64,000 bases of DNA from an uncultured Porphyromonadaceae bacterium (GCA_964547475.1 CAZJNQ010000003.1:22074-86073), one strand, 5' to 3'; positions 42,307-52,339 are shown, counted from the stretch's first letter. A program made the numbers and translations. Notes: a model not told the origin generated them from the letters alone.

Positions 42307-42324
42307 CGGTCAAAAGTATCACAA
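42307..42324 (-). promoter_or_regulatory. Candidate promoter and operator: -7 box TACTTTTG (42311-42318, minus strand) overlapped by the Rex-like half-palindrome TTGTGATACTTTTGACCG
   Basis: Exact TAnnTTTG match 67 nt upstream of the hydC ATG. The left half TTGTGA is perfect and the right half is degenerate relative to TTGTGAAnnnnTTCACAA. Confidence 0.3.
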
Positions 42325-42384
42325 TCTAAAAAACAGAAACATGACGATTATTAGTCGTAAATATGACAAAAGTCAGGAACGGTT

Positions 42385-42402
42385 TTGTGAAAACTGTCAC
42401 TT
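42385..42402. promoter_or_regulatory. Candidate Rex operator TTGTGAAAACTGTCACTT
   Basis: 11 of 14 specified positions match TTGTGAAnnnnTTCACAA, with correct GTGA-N6-TCAC spacing. ~140 nt upstream of hydC. Overlaps the S46 peptidase stop codon. Confidence 0.35.
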
Positions 42403-44554
42403 AACGGATGAGCTCCATTTCATCAATCAGGTGTGAAGCTCCCGCAAACTTGTCAATAATGAACAGCGCGTAACGGATATCCAGGCTGATATTTCTGCAC
42501 AGGTCAGGGTCATACATGATATCGCTCATGGTCCCTTCCCAGTTCCGGTCGAAGTTGATCCCGATCAGTTGGCCATCCGCATTGATCACCGGGCTCCCTG
42601 AATTACCGCCGGAAGTATGGTTTGAGGCTATAAAACAGACCGGCACCGTCCCGTTATACTCATACGGTCCGAAATCCTTCGTTTCGTAAAGTTTCTTGAG
42701 CTTATCCGGTACCCGGTAATCGTAGATCTCAGGATTATCTTTCTGGATGATGCCGTCGAGGGTGGTCAGATGACGGTATTTGACACCGTCAGCCGGCTGG
42801 AAATCATCCACCTGGCCAAAAGTGACGCGGATAGTCGAATTGGCATCCGGGTAAAAGAGCTTTTCCGGCTGCATTTCCATCTGGGCTTTCATATACAGCC
42901 GTTGCAGATTGGGCAGAATGTCCTGCCCCAGGGCCAATACAGGCGTAATAAGGTTCTTTTGCAAATCGACCAGGCTTGCGGACATAGCCAAGGCAGGATC
43001 ATTCAGAGTCTTTTTTGCCTTGGAGGGTGTCATCCCGTTCAACAGCCGAAGAACGGTCTCTTCACGGCAAAAGATGGTTTTGGCGAATACGTGATCAGCA
43101 TACGCATCGAAATCACCCTTAAACTGCTGGTTCATCCTGACCAGCAACTCCGGCTGATAAACCGGACCTATGCCGGTTGCATAGGCTTGCATCAGGGAAG
43201 CCAGCAGTTTTTTATCGGTCGACGCATCATAATCCTTGAAAAAAGAAGCGATGCCCGATCGCAACTGTTCAATGATCCTGGCAGCTTCCTCCATCTTACC
43301 GGCAGCCGCCTGTTCGAGACAGGGACGGAAACGCCCCGCAAATCCGATAATTTCCGCAGCTCCTCCCGCTTCCCTGGCATAAGTGCCAGCCAGTTCATAG
43401 GGGGCCTGGGCTGTCACAAGGCTTCGGTATTGCTCAAGGATTGAACCGTATTGCAGGTTGCGTTGCGGATCGGATTCAGCCCATTGCTGGAAGCGCGCTT
43501 CAAACTTTTTCTTGCGCTCGATGGCTTTGATCCTTTTCAACCCAAGCAGCACGCCCTGGTTCTTCTTCCACGAATTGGCGATGCCTGACTTCTTGGCCGA
43601 GTACTGTATCCGGGTTAACGGGCTTTTTTCCATCGCGGCATCAATGATCTCCAGGCGTTTGGTCCTTAATTGAATGGAAGCGGGGATGGTATAATTGACC
43701 TGGTTCTCGATGACAAATGACGGTACATATTCGGTGGTCTGGCCGGGGTATCCAAAAACCATGGTAAAATCTCCCTTTTCGACACCTTTCAGGCTGACGG
43801 GCATGAACTTCCTGGGTTTATAAGGCACATTGGACGGAGAATAAGGGGCTGGCTTGTTATCCGGACCGGCATAGATCCTGAACAGGGAGAAATCACCTGT
43901 ATGGCGCGGCCAGATCCAGTTATCGGTTTCTCCTCCGAACTTGCCGATTGCGCTGGGCGGGGCTCCCACTAACCGGACATCATTGTAAACCTCGTTCAGG
44001 AAGAGGAAGAACTGGTTTCCGCTGAAAAAAGAGGAGACGCGGGCTTTCAGGTTAGTGCCCTTGACAGCATCAGACTCTATTTTCCGGATGTTTTCCCTGA
44101 GGATCCTGTCGCGGTCAGATGGCTTGGTCTCTTCGGTGATCCCAACGAGGCAGGCATCAGTCACTTCTTCGATGCGGACGAGGAAGGTCACCGTCAGCCC
44201 GGGATTTGGCAATTCTTCTTCCCGGGTCATGGCCCAGAATCCATCTGTCAGGTAGTCATGTTCAACCGTGCTGTGACGCTGGATGGTACCGTATCCGCAA
44301 TGATGGTTGGTGATCAGGAGCCCCTGATCGGAGATGAGTTCTCCCGTACATCCTCCGCCAAAGATCACGATGGCATCCTTGAGGCAAGCCTGGTTGACTG
44401 AATAGATGTCATCAGCCGTCAGCCGGAAGCCGGCTTTCTGCATATCCTCGATCTTGTATTTTTTCAGCAACAGGGGTATCCACATCCCCTCATCCGCCCT
44501 TAGCAGCTGGCCACAAACCAGTGCGAAAATCAGGATAAAAGAAATTTTCTTCAT
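42401..44554 (-). CDS. S46 family dipeptidyl-peptidase (DPP7/DPP11-like)
   Basis: Signal peptide followed by ADEGMWIP. Catalytic ITNHHCG (His) and SGGNSGSPV (Ser). ~717 aa. Confidence 0.88.
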   Translation of the reverse strand: MKKISFILIFALVCGQLLRADEGMWIPLLLKKYKIEDMQKAGFRLTADDIYSVNQACLKDAIVIFGGGCTGELISDQGLLITNHHCGYGTIQRHSTVEHDYLTDGFWAMTREEELPNPGLTVTFLVRIEEVTDACLVGITEETKPSDRDRILRENIRKIESDAVKGTNLKARVSSFFSGNQFFLFLNEVYNDVRLVGAPPSAIGKFGGETDNWIWPRHTGDFSLFRIYAGPDNKPAPYSPSNVPYKPRKFMPVSLKGVEKGDFTMVFGYPGQTTEYVPSFVIENQVNYTIPASIQLRTKRLEIIDAAMEKSPLTRIQYSAKKSGIANSWKKNQGVLLGLKRIKAIERKKKFEARFQQWAESDPQRNLQYGSILEQYRSLVTAQAPYELAGTYAREAGGAAEIIGFAGRFRPCLEQAAAGKMEEAARIIEQLRSGIASFFKDYDASTDKKLLASLMQAYATGIGPVYQPELLVRMNQQFKGDFDAYADHVFAKTIFCREETVLRLLNGMTPSKAKKTLNDPALAMSASLVDLQKNLITPVLALGQDILPNLQRLYMKAQMEMQPEKLFYPDANSTIRVTFGQVDDFQPADGVKYRHLTTLDGIIQKDNPEIYDYRVPDKLKKLYETKDFGPYEYNGTVPVCFIASNHTSGGNSGSPVINADGQLIGINFDRNWEGTMSDIMYDPDLCRNISLDIRYALFIIDKFAGASHLIDEMELIR

Positions 44555-44566
44555 GGTATGAACTCG

Positions 44567-45178
44567 TTATTGATTCGGTTGATAGCCGGTAAAAGTTCTT
44601 AATTCCTTATAGAGCCGTTGAACAGGCAAGCCCATGACGTTGAAATAGGAGCCCTCGATCCGGTGGATACCGATAAAGCCGATCCATTCCTGGATACCAT
44701 AGGCTCCTGCTTTATCATAAGGTTGATATTCATCAATATACTCACGAATCTCGGCTGGATCGAGGTTATCGAACCAGACCGACGTAGTGGCTGTAAAAGT
44801 TGATTCTCGGTTGAGTGAGGCCAGGCAAACCCCGGTGATGACCTCATGATGCCGGTTGGAAAGGTCGGCAAGGATCCGGAAAGCATCTTCCCGGTCAACC
44901 GGCTTGCCTATGATCCTGTCACCCAGTACGACCACCGTATCGGCAGTAATGAGGATATCCGTTTCTTTCAGCTCGTCAGCAAAGGGTTTGGCTTTCATCC
45001 TGGCCAGATAGAGGGCAATCTCCTCCGGTGTAAGGCCGGAAGGATATTCTTCGGGAAGCTCTTCCTTCAGCCAGACCTGGTAAGGTATTCCGGCCAGGCT
45101 CAGGAGTGTTTGCCTCCTCGGGGAACGTGAAGCCAGGAAAATCCTGTATTTCTTCAGATGATCCAGAAAATGCTTCAT
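44567..45178 (-). CDS. maf: Maf-like nucleoside triphosphate pyrophosphatase
   Basis: LASRSPRRQTLL, ITADTVV and DKAGAYGIQ motifs. The ATG at 45178 forms an ATGA overlap with the upstream stop. Confidence 0.88.
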   Translation of the reverse strand: MKHFLDHLKKYRIFLASRSPRRQTLLSLAGIPYQVWLKEELPEEYPSGLTPEEIALYLARMKAKPFADELKETDILITADTVVVLGDRIIGKPVDREDAFRILADLSNRHHEVITGVCLASLNRESTFTATTSVWFDNLDPAEIREYIDEYQPYDKAGAYGIQEWIGFIGIHRIEGSYFNVMGLPVQRLYKELRTFTGYQPNQ

Positions 45179-46137
45179 GAACCGGCAATGAGCTTGATTA
45201 TATAATGGGCCAGCGGTGCATACAGGAGGCCCAGCAGCATGATGATCTTGGAGAGCTGGCTGAGTATATGGTAATCCCTTGAATTCTTGGCGGTTACCAT
45301 TCTCACCGTAAGTACCAGGAACGGAATGACCAGTCCGATGAAATAGTAACCCAGACTCAACCAATCGGTCAGGTGCCATATGAAGAAATATCCCAGTATG
45401 ATCAGTGTCAGGAGGGACAAGGCTACAACGAGGACCTTGGTGTTTTTGAATCCGAAACAGATCGGGAAGGTCCTGCTGCCCGATTCCTTGTCGCCGGCAA
45501 AATCCTCAGCGTCCTTGATGATTTCACGGATCAGGTTGATGATAAAAGCGAAAAAACTGAAAAGGCCTACCCAGAACAGCAAGGCATTGATACCCTGAGG
45601 GAAAAAGTCGGTATGGGATTGGTAGTTTCTTGAGAGCAGAGGATATTCAAAAAGGATGACCAGCAGAGGAACGGTCCCGGTCAGCAGGGAAACAACCAGG
45701 TTCCCTATCAGAAGTTTGTGCTTAAGATTGACTGAATAAAGCCACAGGAGCAAGGGTGCACCGGCAAAGATCAGGATCATCCAGGGTACCCTGTAAAGAA
45801 CTGAAAAGACAACTCCTAGGAACACGCCTGCAACGTTCATGAGCCAATGCAGGAGCAGGGCCGTGCGGCGGCTGACCTGATCATCAATGACCACGCGCCT
45901 GGGCTGGTTGATCCGGTCGGCCTTGACATCATGATAATCATTGATGACATATCCGGCGGCAGTGATCAACACCGTCGACAGGGCCAGGCAGAAAAAAGCC
46001 AGCTCCGAAACCTGAAGGTCAATATCATACAGTCCCAGGATGGGCCGGATGATGGACCAGCGCATGAGATACATGGTTGCCGCCACCATCAGCAGGTTGG
46101 GCATCCTGACGATCCGCACGAATCCGGCAACTTTCAT
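45175..46137 (-). CDS. UbiA-family prenyltransferase (the type annotated as (di)geranylgeranylglyceryl-phosphate synthase-like in Bacteroidota)
   Basis: Polytopic. YVINDYHDVKADRIN (NDxxDxxxD) and IIKDAEDFAGD as the second Asp-rich motif. Start at ATG 46137 (MKVAGFVRIVRMPNLL). Confidence 0.75.
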   Translation of the reverse strand: MKVAGFVRIVRMPNLLMVAATMYLMRWSIIRPILGLYDIDLQVSELAFFCLALSTVLITAAGYVINDYHDVKADRINQPRRVVIDDQVSRRTALLLHWLMNVAGVFLGVVFSVLYRVPWMILIFAGAPLLLWLYSVNLKHKLLIGNLVVSLLTGTVPLLVILFEYPLLSRNYQSHTDFFPQGINALLFWVGLFSFFAFIINLIREIIKDAEDFAGDKESGSRTFPICFGFKNTKVLVVALSLLTLIILGYFFIWHLTDWLSLGYYFIGLVIPFLVLTVRMVTAKNSRDYHILSQLSKIIMLLGLLYAPLAHYIIKLIAGS

Positions 46138-46148
46138 ATCTGGCAATA

Positions 46149-46655
46149 TTACGAGAAATTCCAGAATCCCCGGGCACGCAAAGCCTGTTCTATGACATCG
46201 CGAACACATCCGTGCCCGCCGGGATAGGTAGAAATATACCTGGCCACCGCCTGGATTTCCGCAGTCGCATCCGACGGGCAGGTTGGCATTCCAACCCTTT
46301 TCATGACCTCGAGATCCGGGATGTCGTCTCCCATATAAAGGACGTGTGCAGGATCGATCTTGCACTTTGCGGTCCAGTCCAGCAGGTCTTTGACTTTATC
46401 AACGGATCCAAGATAGACATCCCGGGTCCCGAGGTCGGCAAACCGTTTCCTGATGGATTCCGAGCGGGCGCCTGACAGGATGGCAACCCGGAATCCTGAA
46501 TCCAAAGCGGTCTTAATGGCAAAGCCATCACGGGTGTTAACGCTGCGCAGCAGATCGCCTCCCGGATGCAGGATCAGTTCGTTGGGCGACAAGACTCCGT
46601 CCATGTCAAAGGCAAAAGCCCTGATTAAGCGAAGATCTTCTTTGAAGAAACTCAT
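46149..46655 (-). CDS. kdsC: KDO 8-phosphate phosphatase (HAD-IIIA, KdsC type)
   Basis: FAFDMDGVLS, then RDGFAIK, then YMGDDIPDLEVM. 168 aa. Confidence 0.8.
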   Translation of the reverse strand: MSFFKEDLRLIRAFAFDMDGVLSPNELILHPGGDLLRSVNTRDGFAIKTALDSGFRVAILSGARSESIRKRFADLGTRDVYLGSVDKVKDLLDWTAKCKIDPAHVLYMGDDIPDLEVMKRVGMPTCPSDATAEIQAVARYISTYPGGHGCVRDVIEQALRARGFWNFS

Positions 46656-46676
46656 TTTTTCTTTCCTCCTTGCCGG

Positions 46677-47438
46677 TTATAAACCAATGGATTCACTGAT
46701 CTCCCGGTATAAATCCTGCATGCCAGTTTCCTCCGCCAGCATCTCAAGATGTTTCCGGATAGTGATACGATCCATCCGGATGGCGGGACCGGTCTGTGAT
46801 TTCACCGGGCCGATATCAAGCGCTTTCTGAAAAGTTTCCCGGATCAAAGGTTCCAGGATTTCAGGCTGAAGGCCTCTTTTTTCCAATACCTTGTAAGCCT
46901 GGGCCAGCATATGGTTGGAAAAATTGTTCGCCCAGACTGCTGCGAGGTGTATCCAGCGCTTTTCCTCGAATGAAATTTCCTGGACCTTGCTGGTAAAACC
47001 TTCGGCCAGGCTCCGGATGGTCCGGGTGACTGACGGCTCGCTACCCTCGATGAACACGGGAACCTGGCTCATGTCCACGGCTCTCCCGATGGTGAAAGTC
47101 TGAAGCGGGTACAATGCGCCATATTTATATTTCTGGCAGGCAAAGCGTAACGGCGAGAAGGTCCCGCTTGTGTGCACTGCAATGCCGCGGTAATCACTGA
47201 TTTCATTAATGATCTCGACCAGCGAATGATCGGGAACGGTAAGGAATATGACCTGCAGTTCCTTGTCAAGTTCGCTGATCCGGTCGGAAAAACCACAATT
47301 CAGCCTGCCTGCCAGTTTCTGGGCACTCATCGGTGACCGGCTGATAACCTGGGCGACCCGGTTTCCCGACTGCTGCAGCGCGGGAGCCAGATGCCAGGCC
47401 ACTTTTCCTGCGCCGATGAAACCAATCCTGTAGCCCAT
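46677..47438 (-). CDS. Rossmann-fold NAD(P)-binding protein with DUF2520-type C-terminal domain
   Basis: IGFIGAGKVAWHLAPAL dinucleotide fold. Start placed at ATG 47438; the alternative ATG at 47468 would overlap the ACAD gene. Confidence 0.6.
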   Translation of the reverse strand: MGYRIGFIGAGKVAWHLAPALQQSGNRVAQVISRSPMSAQKLAGRLNCGFSDRISELDKELQVIFLTVPDHSLVEIINEISDYRGIAVHTSGTFSPLRFACQKYKYGALYPLQTFTIGRAVDMSQVPVFIEGSEPSVTRTIRSLAEGFTSKVQEISFEEKRWIHLAAVWANNFSNHMLAQAYKVLEKRGLQPEILEPLIRETFQKALDIGPVKSQTGPAIRMDRITIRKHLEMLAEETGMQDLYREISESIGL

Positions 47439-47445
47439 GCGGTAA

Positions 47446-49227
47446 TCAGAAGGGGTAACGGTTATCATCGATCAAAACGGCAGCAATTCTTCTGCGGGCT
47501 TCCTTAACATTGACTGGATCAGATATGGTCCAATGCTTCATGCCTTTAACAAGCCGGATCAGTTCATCACCCTCGGCGAAACTGTTGGCAGCTTCCAGGG
47601 CCGACCGATGCACCGAAGCTACGGTATCGAACAGGTTTACATCCAATATATCACGGAAAACGGTTCCGGCGGGAACACCTTTGAGGAGTTCAATTTTCTG
47701 CACTCTCAGCAGGGTGGATTCAGAGACGTAAAGGTTCATGATCATATCGGAGAGGTTGCAGAGGATCTCCTGCTCCCAGATCAGGTTTTTCTGATGCTTC
47801 ACTGAGGCAGCATGGATCAGGCACAGCGCCAGTTTTTTAAGATTGGCGATGATCAGGCTTTTTCTCTGGAAGTAATCTTCCGGCAGACCGATGAAATCGT
47901 CCAGGTCATCAATGGATCGATAAGCCGCTTCACCCTGTCCGTACAGGTCTATGTCTTTTTTCTGTCCTCTTTTAAGCAAAGTGTCGATGACCAGGATCCT
48001 GTTGATCTCGTTTGTTCCCTCGAATATCCGGTTAATGCGCGAATCACGGTAACAGCGGTCCACCGGCATTTCTGCCGAATAGCCCATACCCCCGAAAACC
48101 TGGACGGCTTCATCTACCACATAATCAAGTGCTTCTGATCCGTATACTTTCAGGATGGCAGCCTCGATGGCCATATGTGCAAAAGCCGTAATGGTCGGGT
48201 TCTCGTTCAGGCAAACGGTTTTATATTCCTCCGACAGGAGATCCACATCATGTGCTGCGCGGTAAACCGCAGATTCGGTTGTAAAGGTCCGGATCACCTG
48301 TTCTGCCAGCTTGTACCGTATGGCACCGAAGGCTGAGATCTTCTCACCAAACTGTTTTCGCTCATTGGCATACCGGACGGAATGACTGGTTGCCATCTTG
48401 GCCGCCCCGATAACGTTCCCTCCCAGCTTAAGCCGTCCCATGTGCAGGATACTCAGCGCTATGCGGAATCCCTGTCCCCTGCCGGCAAGCAGGTTTTCGA
48501 CCGGGATCCGTACATCATTGAAAAAAATCTGGCGCGTGGAGGAACCCTTGATCCCCATTTTCTTCTCTTCGGGATTAAAGACTATGCCAGGGAAACTGCG
48601 CTCAACAATGAAAGCACTCAGGACACGGTCATTGTCTATCTTGGCAAAAACGGTCATGATATCGGCAAAACCGGCGTTGGTAATCCACATCTTCTGACCG
48701 TTGAGGATGTAATGCGTACCGTCGTCCGACAGGATTGCCTGGGTCTTACCCGAGTTGGCATCCGATCCGGCCCCGGGTTCCGTAAGGCAATAGGCGCCCT
48801 TCCACTCTCCGGTGGCCAGCTTGGGCAGGTATTTTGTTTTCTGAAACTCATTTCCATAATAAGCGATCGGCAACGAACCGATCCCTGTATGGCAGGAATA
48901 AGCAACGGCAAACGAGTGTGCAGCGCCCATAACCTCGCTGGCCAGCATGCTGGTAACCACCGACTGGCCAAAACCCAGGTACTCTTCGGGCAGCGAAATT
49001 CCCAGCAGCCCCAGTTCTCCCGCCTTGGAGAGGAGTGCTTGCATGAGACCCTCTTCCTGGCTGTCGATGCGATCCAGGACCGGCATCACCTCTGTATCAA
49101 TGAAATCCCTGCAGGTTTGGGCAATCATGCGCTGTTCTTCGGAAAACTCCTCCGGAATGAAAATATCGGCAGGCAGGGTCTCTTCGACCATGAACCTTCC
49201 GCCCCTGACTGTGGTTTTGATTTGCAT
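47446..49227 (-). CDS. Acyl-CoA dehydrogenase, long form (593 aa)
   Basis: YCLTEPGAGSD and IFEGTNEINRIL motifs, plus a C-terminal ~180-aa extension. Confidence 0.85.
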   Translation of the reverse strand: MQIKTTVRGGRFMVEETLPADIFIPEEFSEEQRMIAQTCRDFIDTEVMPVLDRIDSQEEGLMQALLSKAGELGLLGISLPEEYLGFGQSVVTSMLASEVMGAAHSFAVAYSCHTGIGSLPIAYYGNEFQKTKYLPKLATGEWKGAYCLTEPGAGSDANSGKTQAILSDDGTHYILNGQKMWITNAGFADIMTVFAKIDNDRVLSAFIVERSFPGIVFNPEEKKMGIKGSSTRQIFFNDVRIPVENLLAGRGQGFRIALSILHMGRLKLGGNVIGAAKMATSHSVRYANERKQFGEKISAFGAIRYKLAEQVIRTFTTESAVYRAAHDVDLLSEEYKTVCLNENPTITAFAHMAIEAAILKVYGSEALDYVVDEAVQVFGGMGYSAEMPVDRCYRDSRINRIFEGTNEINRILVIDTLLKRGQKKDIDLYGQGEAAYRSIDDLDDFIGLPEDYFQRKSLIIANLKKLALCLIHAASVKHQKNLIWEQEILCNLSDMIMNLYVSESTLLRVQKIELLKGVPAGTVFRDILDVNLFDTVASVHRSALEAANSFAEGDELIRLVKGMKHWTISDPVNVKEARRRIAAVLIDDNRYPF

Positions 49228-49257
49228 CTCTTTCGTTTTTAATTCTTTACTGATCTC

Positions 49258-51342
49258 TTAAAGATGTAAGGACCGGGCTGTGATTTCAGCCAGGTCAAGA
49301 GCCTTGACATCCCCTTCCCTGTTATGGTACTTGATCCCGTCGGTCATCATGACCAGGCAATAGGGACAGGCAGTCACGATGATGTCTGCACCGGTTTTCA
49401 GGGCATCATCCGTGCGTAACTGGAAAACTTCACGGTCTCCCTTTTCGGCCTCCTTGAACATCTGGCCCCCGCCAGCTCCGCAACACAAGGCGAAACTGCG
49501 GTTCCGGTCCATTTCTCTGAAACCGCCTGCCAGAGCCCGGATCACCGAGCGGGGTGCTGAATATTCCCTGTTGGCCCGGCCCAGATAACATGGATCGTGA
49601 TAGGTCAGGACCTGGTCACGAAAAACTTCAGGATCGGGTTTCAGGGTTCCTGACCTGATCAAGGATTCAAGAAACCGTGAATGATGGATCACCTCGAATG
49701 TCCCCCCCAGGTCGGGGTATTCGTTTTTGAAGGTATTGTAGGCATGGGGATCGCACGTCAGGATACGTGTTACCCCGTAATTATTCAATAACCCGATATT
49801 CATCAGTGCCTGCATCTGGAACAGCATTTCATTGCCGGCCCTGCGAGCCACATCGCCTGAACTGGACTCTTCAGTGCCCAGAACTCCAAAATCAATATCG
49901 AGATAATTTAAGATCCTGACGAAGGAACGGATTACCTGCTTATAGCGGTCGTCAAAGGCTCCCGCGCTGCCGATCCACAGCAGGTATTCGGGTTTTCGTC
50001 CTTGTGCGTTCAGCTCCGATATCAGGGGAACCTTCAGGTTTGCCCCGTCCGCCCATTTCATGCGGTCCAGCATCGAGAACTGCCAGGGTGCGCCATTGTT
50101 GCCGATATTGGCAAAGACCGCATTTAGCCCGGCGGGTGCAGCAGACTCCTCCATCACCAGGAACCTCCTCATATCAACGATCAGCGATGGTTGGTTGATG
50201 TTGACCGGACACTCCCGGGCACAGGCATTGCAGGTAGTGCAGGCCCACAGCTCTTCAACGGCCACGTAATCCCTCAGCAGGGACTTGTTATCAGAGAATC
50301 CTGGTCCCTGCCGTATGAGCCCAGGAGCTTTTTCCTTCATCCGGGCCCTGACGTCCATCATGATCTTGCGAGGGGACAGTTTTTTGCCGGTGAGGCTGGC
50401 CGGGCAAACAGAGGTACATCGCCCGCACTGGGTACATGATAAGGAATCAAGGTAATTCTTCCAGGTGATATCCTCTATATCCAGTACGCCGAACCTGGGA
50501 ACGACGGAAGTTGATGCAGGAGCCGCAAAGGCAGCCGGGGGGTCCATCATCAATCTGACTTCTGACGTTACATGCTCCAGGGTCTTCAGTTTTCCAAGCG
50601 GTTCGAAGTTGGAGAGGAAAACATTCGGGATGGACAGGAAAACATGGAAATGCTTTGAATAAGGCAGGTAGTTGGCAAAGATGAATATCAGGAGAATATG
50701 GATCCACCAGTTGATTTCATGACCCGTATGCAATTGTCCCGGCGTCAGTTCCGGAAACAGGCCGGCCAGCCGGCTGCTCACCGGAAACCATGCTGTTCCT
50801 GCCTGACCGGAGATTTCGTTCAGCTTGCAGGTGAATGTATTCATACCCAGCAGACTGACCATCAGGAAAAAGATCAGCGACAGGGCCACTGCGGCATCGA
50901 GATGATTCCGGCGGGTTAGTTCTGGTCCGTGAAACCGCTTGATTTTCAGGAGCGACCTGCGTCCCAGAAAGGCCAGGATCAGGAACAGGATGAGGATGGC
51001 AAAGATATCTCCGGAGGCAATGAAAACCCGGTACAGGATGCCCAGCGCACGGAATGAGCCCTCGCCAGCGGTCAATCCGTCAATCACCATTTCCATGCTG
51101 CCAAAGAGGATTACGCAGAAACCCCAGAAAACCAGGGCATGCATCAGGCCCACCACCGGCCGGCGTAGAATCCTTGTCTGTACGAAAGCCACTTTGATAG
51201 TCAGAAGCAGTCGGCGGAAGATATTCCGGATGGGAAAGGCCTTGCAGGTCAGGCGGAAACGGGCGGAAAGCCGGACCACGGTGTAAGAAAAAACCGCCAG
51301 TGTCAGCACAAGGGCAATAGCAAAGAGAACCTGCTTAATCAT
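49258..51342 (-). CDS. Membrane-bound Fe-S oxidoreductase (N-terminal polytopic domain + 2x[4Fe-4S] + two CCG domains; HdrD/GlpC-like). Probable ETF:quinone oxidoreductase.
   Basis: About 6 TM helices at the N-terminus. CTQCGRCTSVCP and CTTCNACARECP. CCG-type CDPH... and FALCCGAGGG. Adjacent to etfAB and the ACAD gene. Confidence 0.75.
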   Translation of the reverse strand: MIKQVLFAIALVLTLAVFSYTVVRLSARFRLTCKAFPIRNIFRRLLLTIKVAFVQTRILRRPVVGLMHALVFWGFCVILFGSMEMVIDGLTAGEGSFRALGILYRVFIASGDIFAILILFLILAFLGRRSLLKIKRFHGPELTRRNHLDAAVALSLIFFLMVSLLGMNTFTCKLNEISGQAGTAWFPVSSRLAGLFPELTPGQLHTGHEINWWIHILLIFIFANYLPYSKHFHVFLSIPNVFLSNFEPLGKLKTLEHVTSEVRLMMDPPAAFAAPASTSVVPRFGVLDIEDITWKNYLDSLSCTQCGRCTSVCPASLTGKKLSPRKIMMDVRARMKEKAPGLIRQGPGFSDNKSLLRDYVAVEELWACTTCNACARECPVNINQPSLIVDMRRFLVMEESAAPAGLNAVFANIGNNGAPWQFSMLDRMKWADGANLKVPLISELNAQGRKPEYLLWIGSAGAFDDRYKQVIRSFVRILNYLDIDFGVLGTEESSSGDVARRAGNEMLFQMQALMNIGLLNNYGVTRILTCDPHAYNTFKNEYPDLGGTFEVIHHSRFLESLIRSGTLKPDPEVFRDQVLTYHDPCYLGRANREYSAPRSVIRALAGGFREMDRNRSFALCCGAGGGQMFKEAEKGDREVFQLRTDDALKTGADIIVTACPYCLVMMTDGIKYHNREGDVKALDLAEITARSLHL

Positions 51343-51370
51343 TTCTTCTGATATCGGTCCTTGTAATCAT

Positions 51371-52339
51371 TCAGGCGCCTTTAGCTTCCTTCACTGCCTC
51401 TATCAGGGCAGGGAGCACTTTTTGGGCATCTCCGACGATTCCGTAATCGGCTGCCTCGAAAATGGGAGCATCCGGATCAGGATTAATGGCCACAATGAAT
51501 TTGGAAGAACTGACCCCTGCAAGGTGCTGGATGGCTCCTGAAATCCCGACTGCAATATATAAGGTTGGAGCAATGATCTTGCCCGTCTGACCGGTATGTT
51601 CTTCATGGGGTCTCCACCCTTCGTCCGATACGGGCCTGGAACAGGCTGTGGCCGCTCCGAGAAGGGCCGCCAACTCCTCCAGGGGACCCCAATTATCGGG
51701 TGATTTCATCCCACGCCCCCCGGAAACGACAATATCTGCATCGGTCAACAGGATCTTGCCGGTTTGTCTGAATACTTCCCGGACGTGCGTAGATACGGCC
51801 TCTGTCGAAACCGGATCAAAACCGTTGATTGCCACCTGTATCTCCTTCTCAACCAGTTTGAATGAATTTTGGGCCAGGGTCAGTATTTGTTTTTCCGTCC
51901 TTATTTCAGCCAGGGCAAAAGCTTTGCCGCTAAAGGATTTCTTGACAACCGTAAAGGGATTGATCGATTTCGGCAAGCCGGTAACGGCCGTGACCAGGCC
52001 GGCTTTTAGCCTGACCGACAACCGGGGAGCCAACGCCTTGCCGGTAACATTATGGGCAAGGACCACGGCAGAGGCCTTCACAACATCCGCAACCTCTGAA
52101 ATGACCCTTGTATACGCACGGGTATCGAGATGTGCCAGACGCTCATCCTCCACCCGGATAACCTGACCGATGCCGTGCCGGCCGAGTTTCCTGAGTTCGG
52201 ATTCCTCCACACGTCCGATCGAAAGAGCAACTGGTTCGGTTCCGGTCATCTCCGCCAACTGAGCGGCATAGGAAACCAATTCAAATGAGGCTTTTTTAAA
52301 GTGACCGTCCCAGTTTTCGACATATACCAATACTGACAT
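51371..52339 (-). CDS. etfA: Electron transfer flavoprotein alpha subunit
   Basis: IVVSGGRG and [15 protein letters not shown] motifs. Confidence 0.9.
   Translation of the reverse strand: MSVLVYVENWDGHFKKASFELVSYAAQLAEMTGTEPVALSIGRVEESELRKLGRHGIGQVIRVEDERLAHLDTRAYTRVISEVADVVKASAVVLAHNVTGKALAPRLSVRLKAGLVTAVTGLPKSINPFTVVKKSFSGKAFALAEIRTEKQILTLAQNSFKLVEKEIQVAINGFDPVSTEAVSTHVREVFRQTGKILLTDADIVVSGGRGMKSPDNWGPLEELAALLGAATACSRPVSDEGWRPHEEHTGQTGKIIAPTLYIAVGISGAIQHLAGVSSSKFIVAINPDPDAPIFEAADYGIVGDAQKVLPALIEAVKEAKGA

Noticed and set aside
42341-42436. 31-codon plus-strand ORF MTIISRKYDKSQERFCENCHLTDELHFINQV in the hydC upstream region
   Set aside because: It is very short, has only one CxxC, and its 3' part overlaps the S46 peptidase gene on the other strand. 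There is no supporting signal. It is noted only because it spans the candidate Rex box.
44567-46365. Long N-terminal extensions in the ORF track for maf (270 aa) and the UbiA-family gene (396 aa). Similar extensions occur for hydA (to 40657), hydB (to 41850), rplK, the TonB-dependent receptor and the permease.
   Set aside because: The extensions overlap the preceding gene and are compositionally odd. Internal ATGs give canonical N-termini and tidy ATGA or short-gap junctions, so the shorter starts were used.
48382-49242. 286-aa plus-strand ORF opposite the acyl-CoA dehydrogenase gene
   Set aside because: It is an antisense shadow ORF with no motifs, whereas the ACAD frame has canonical motifs.
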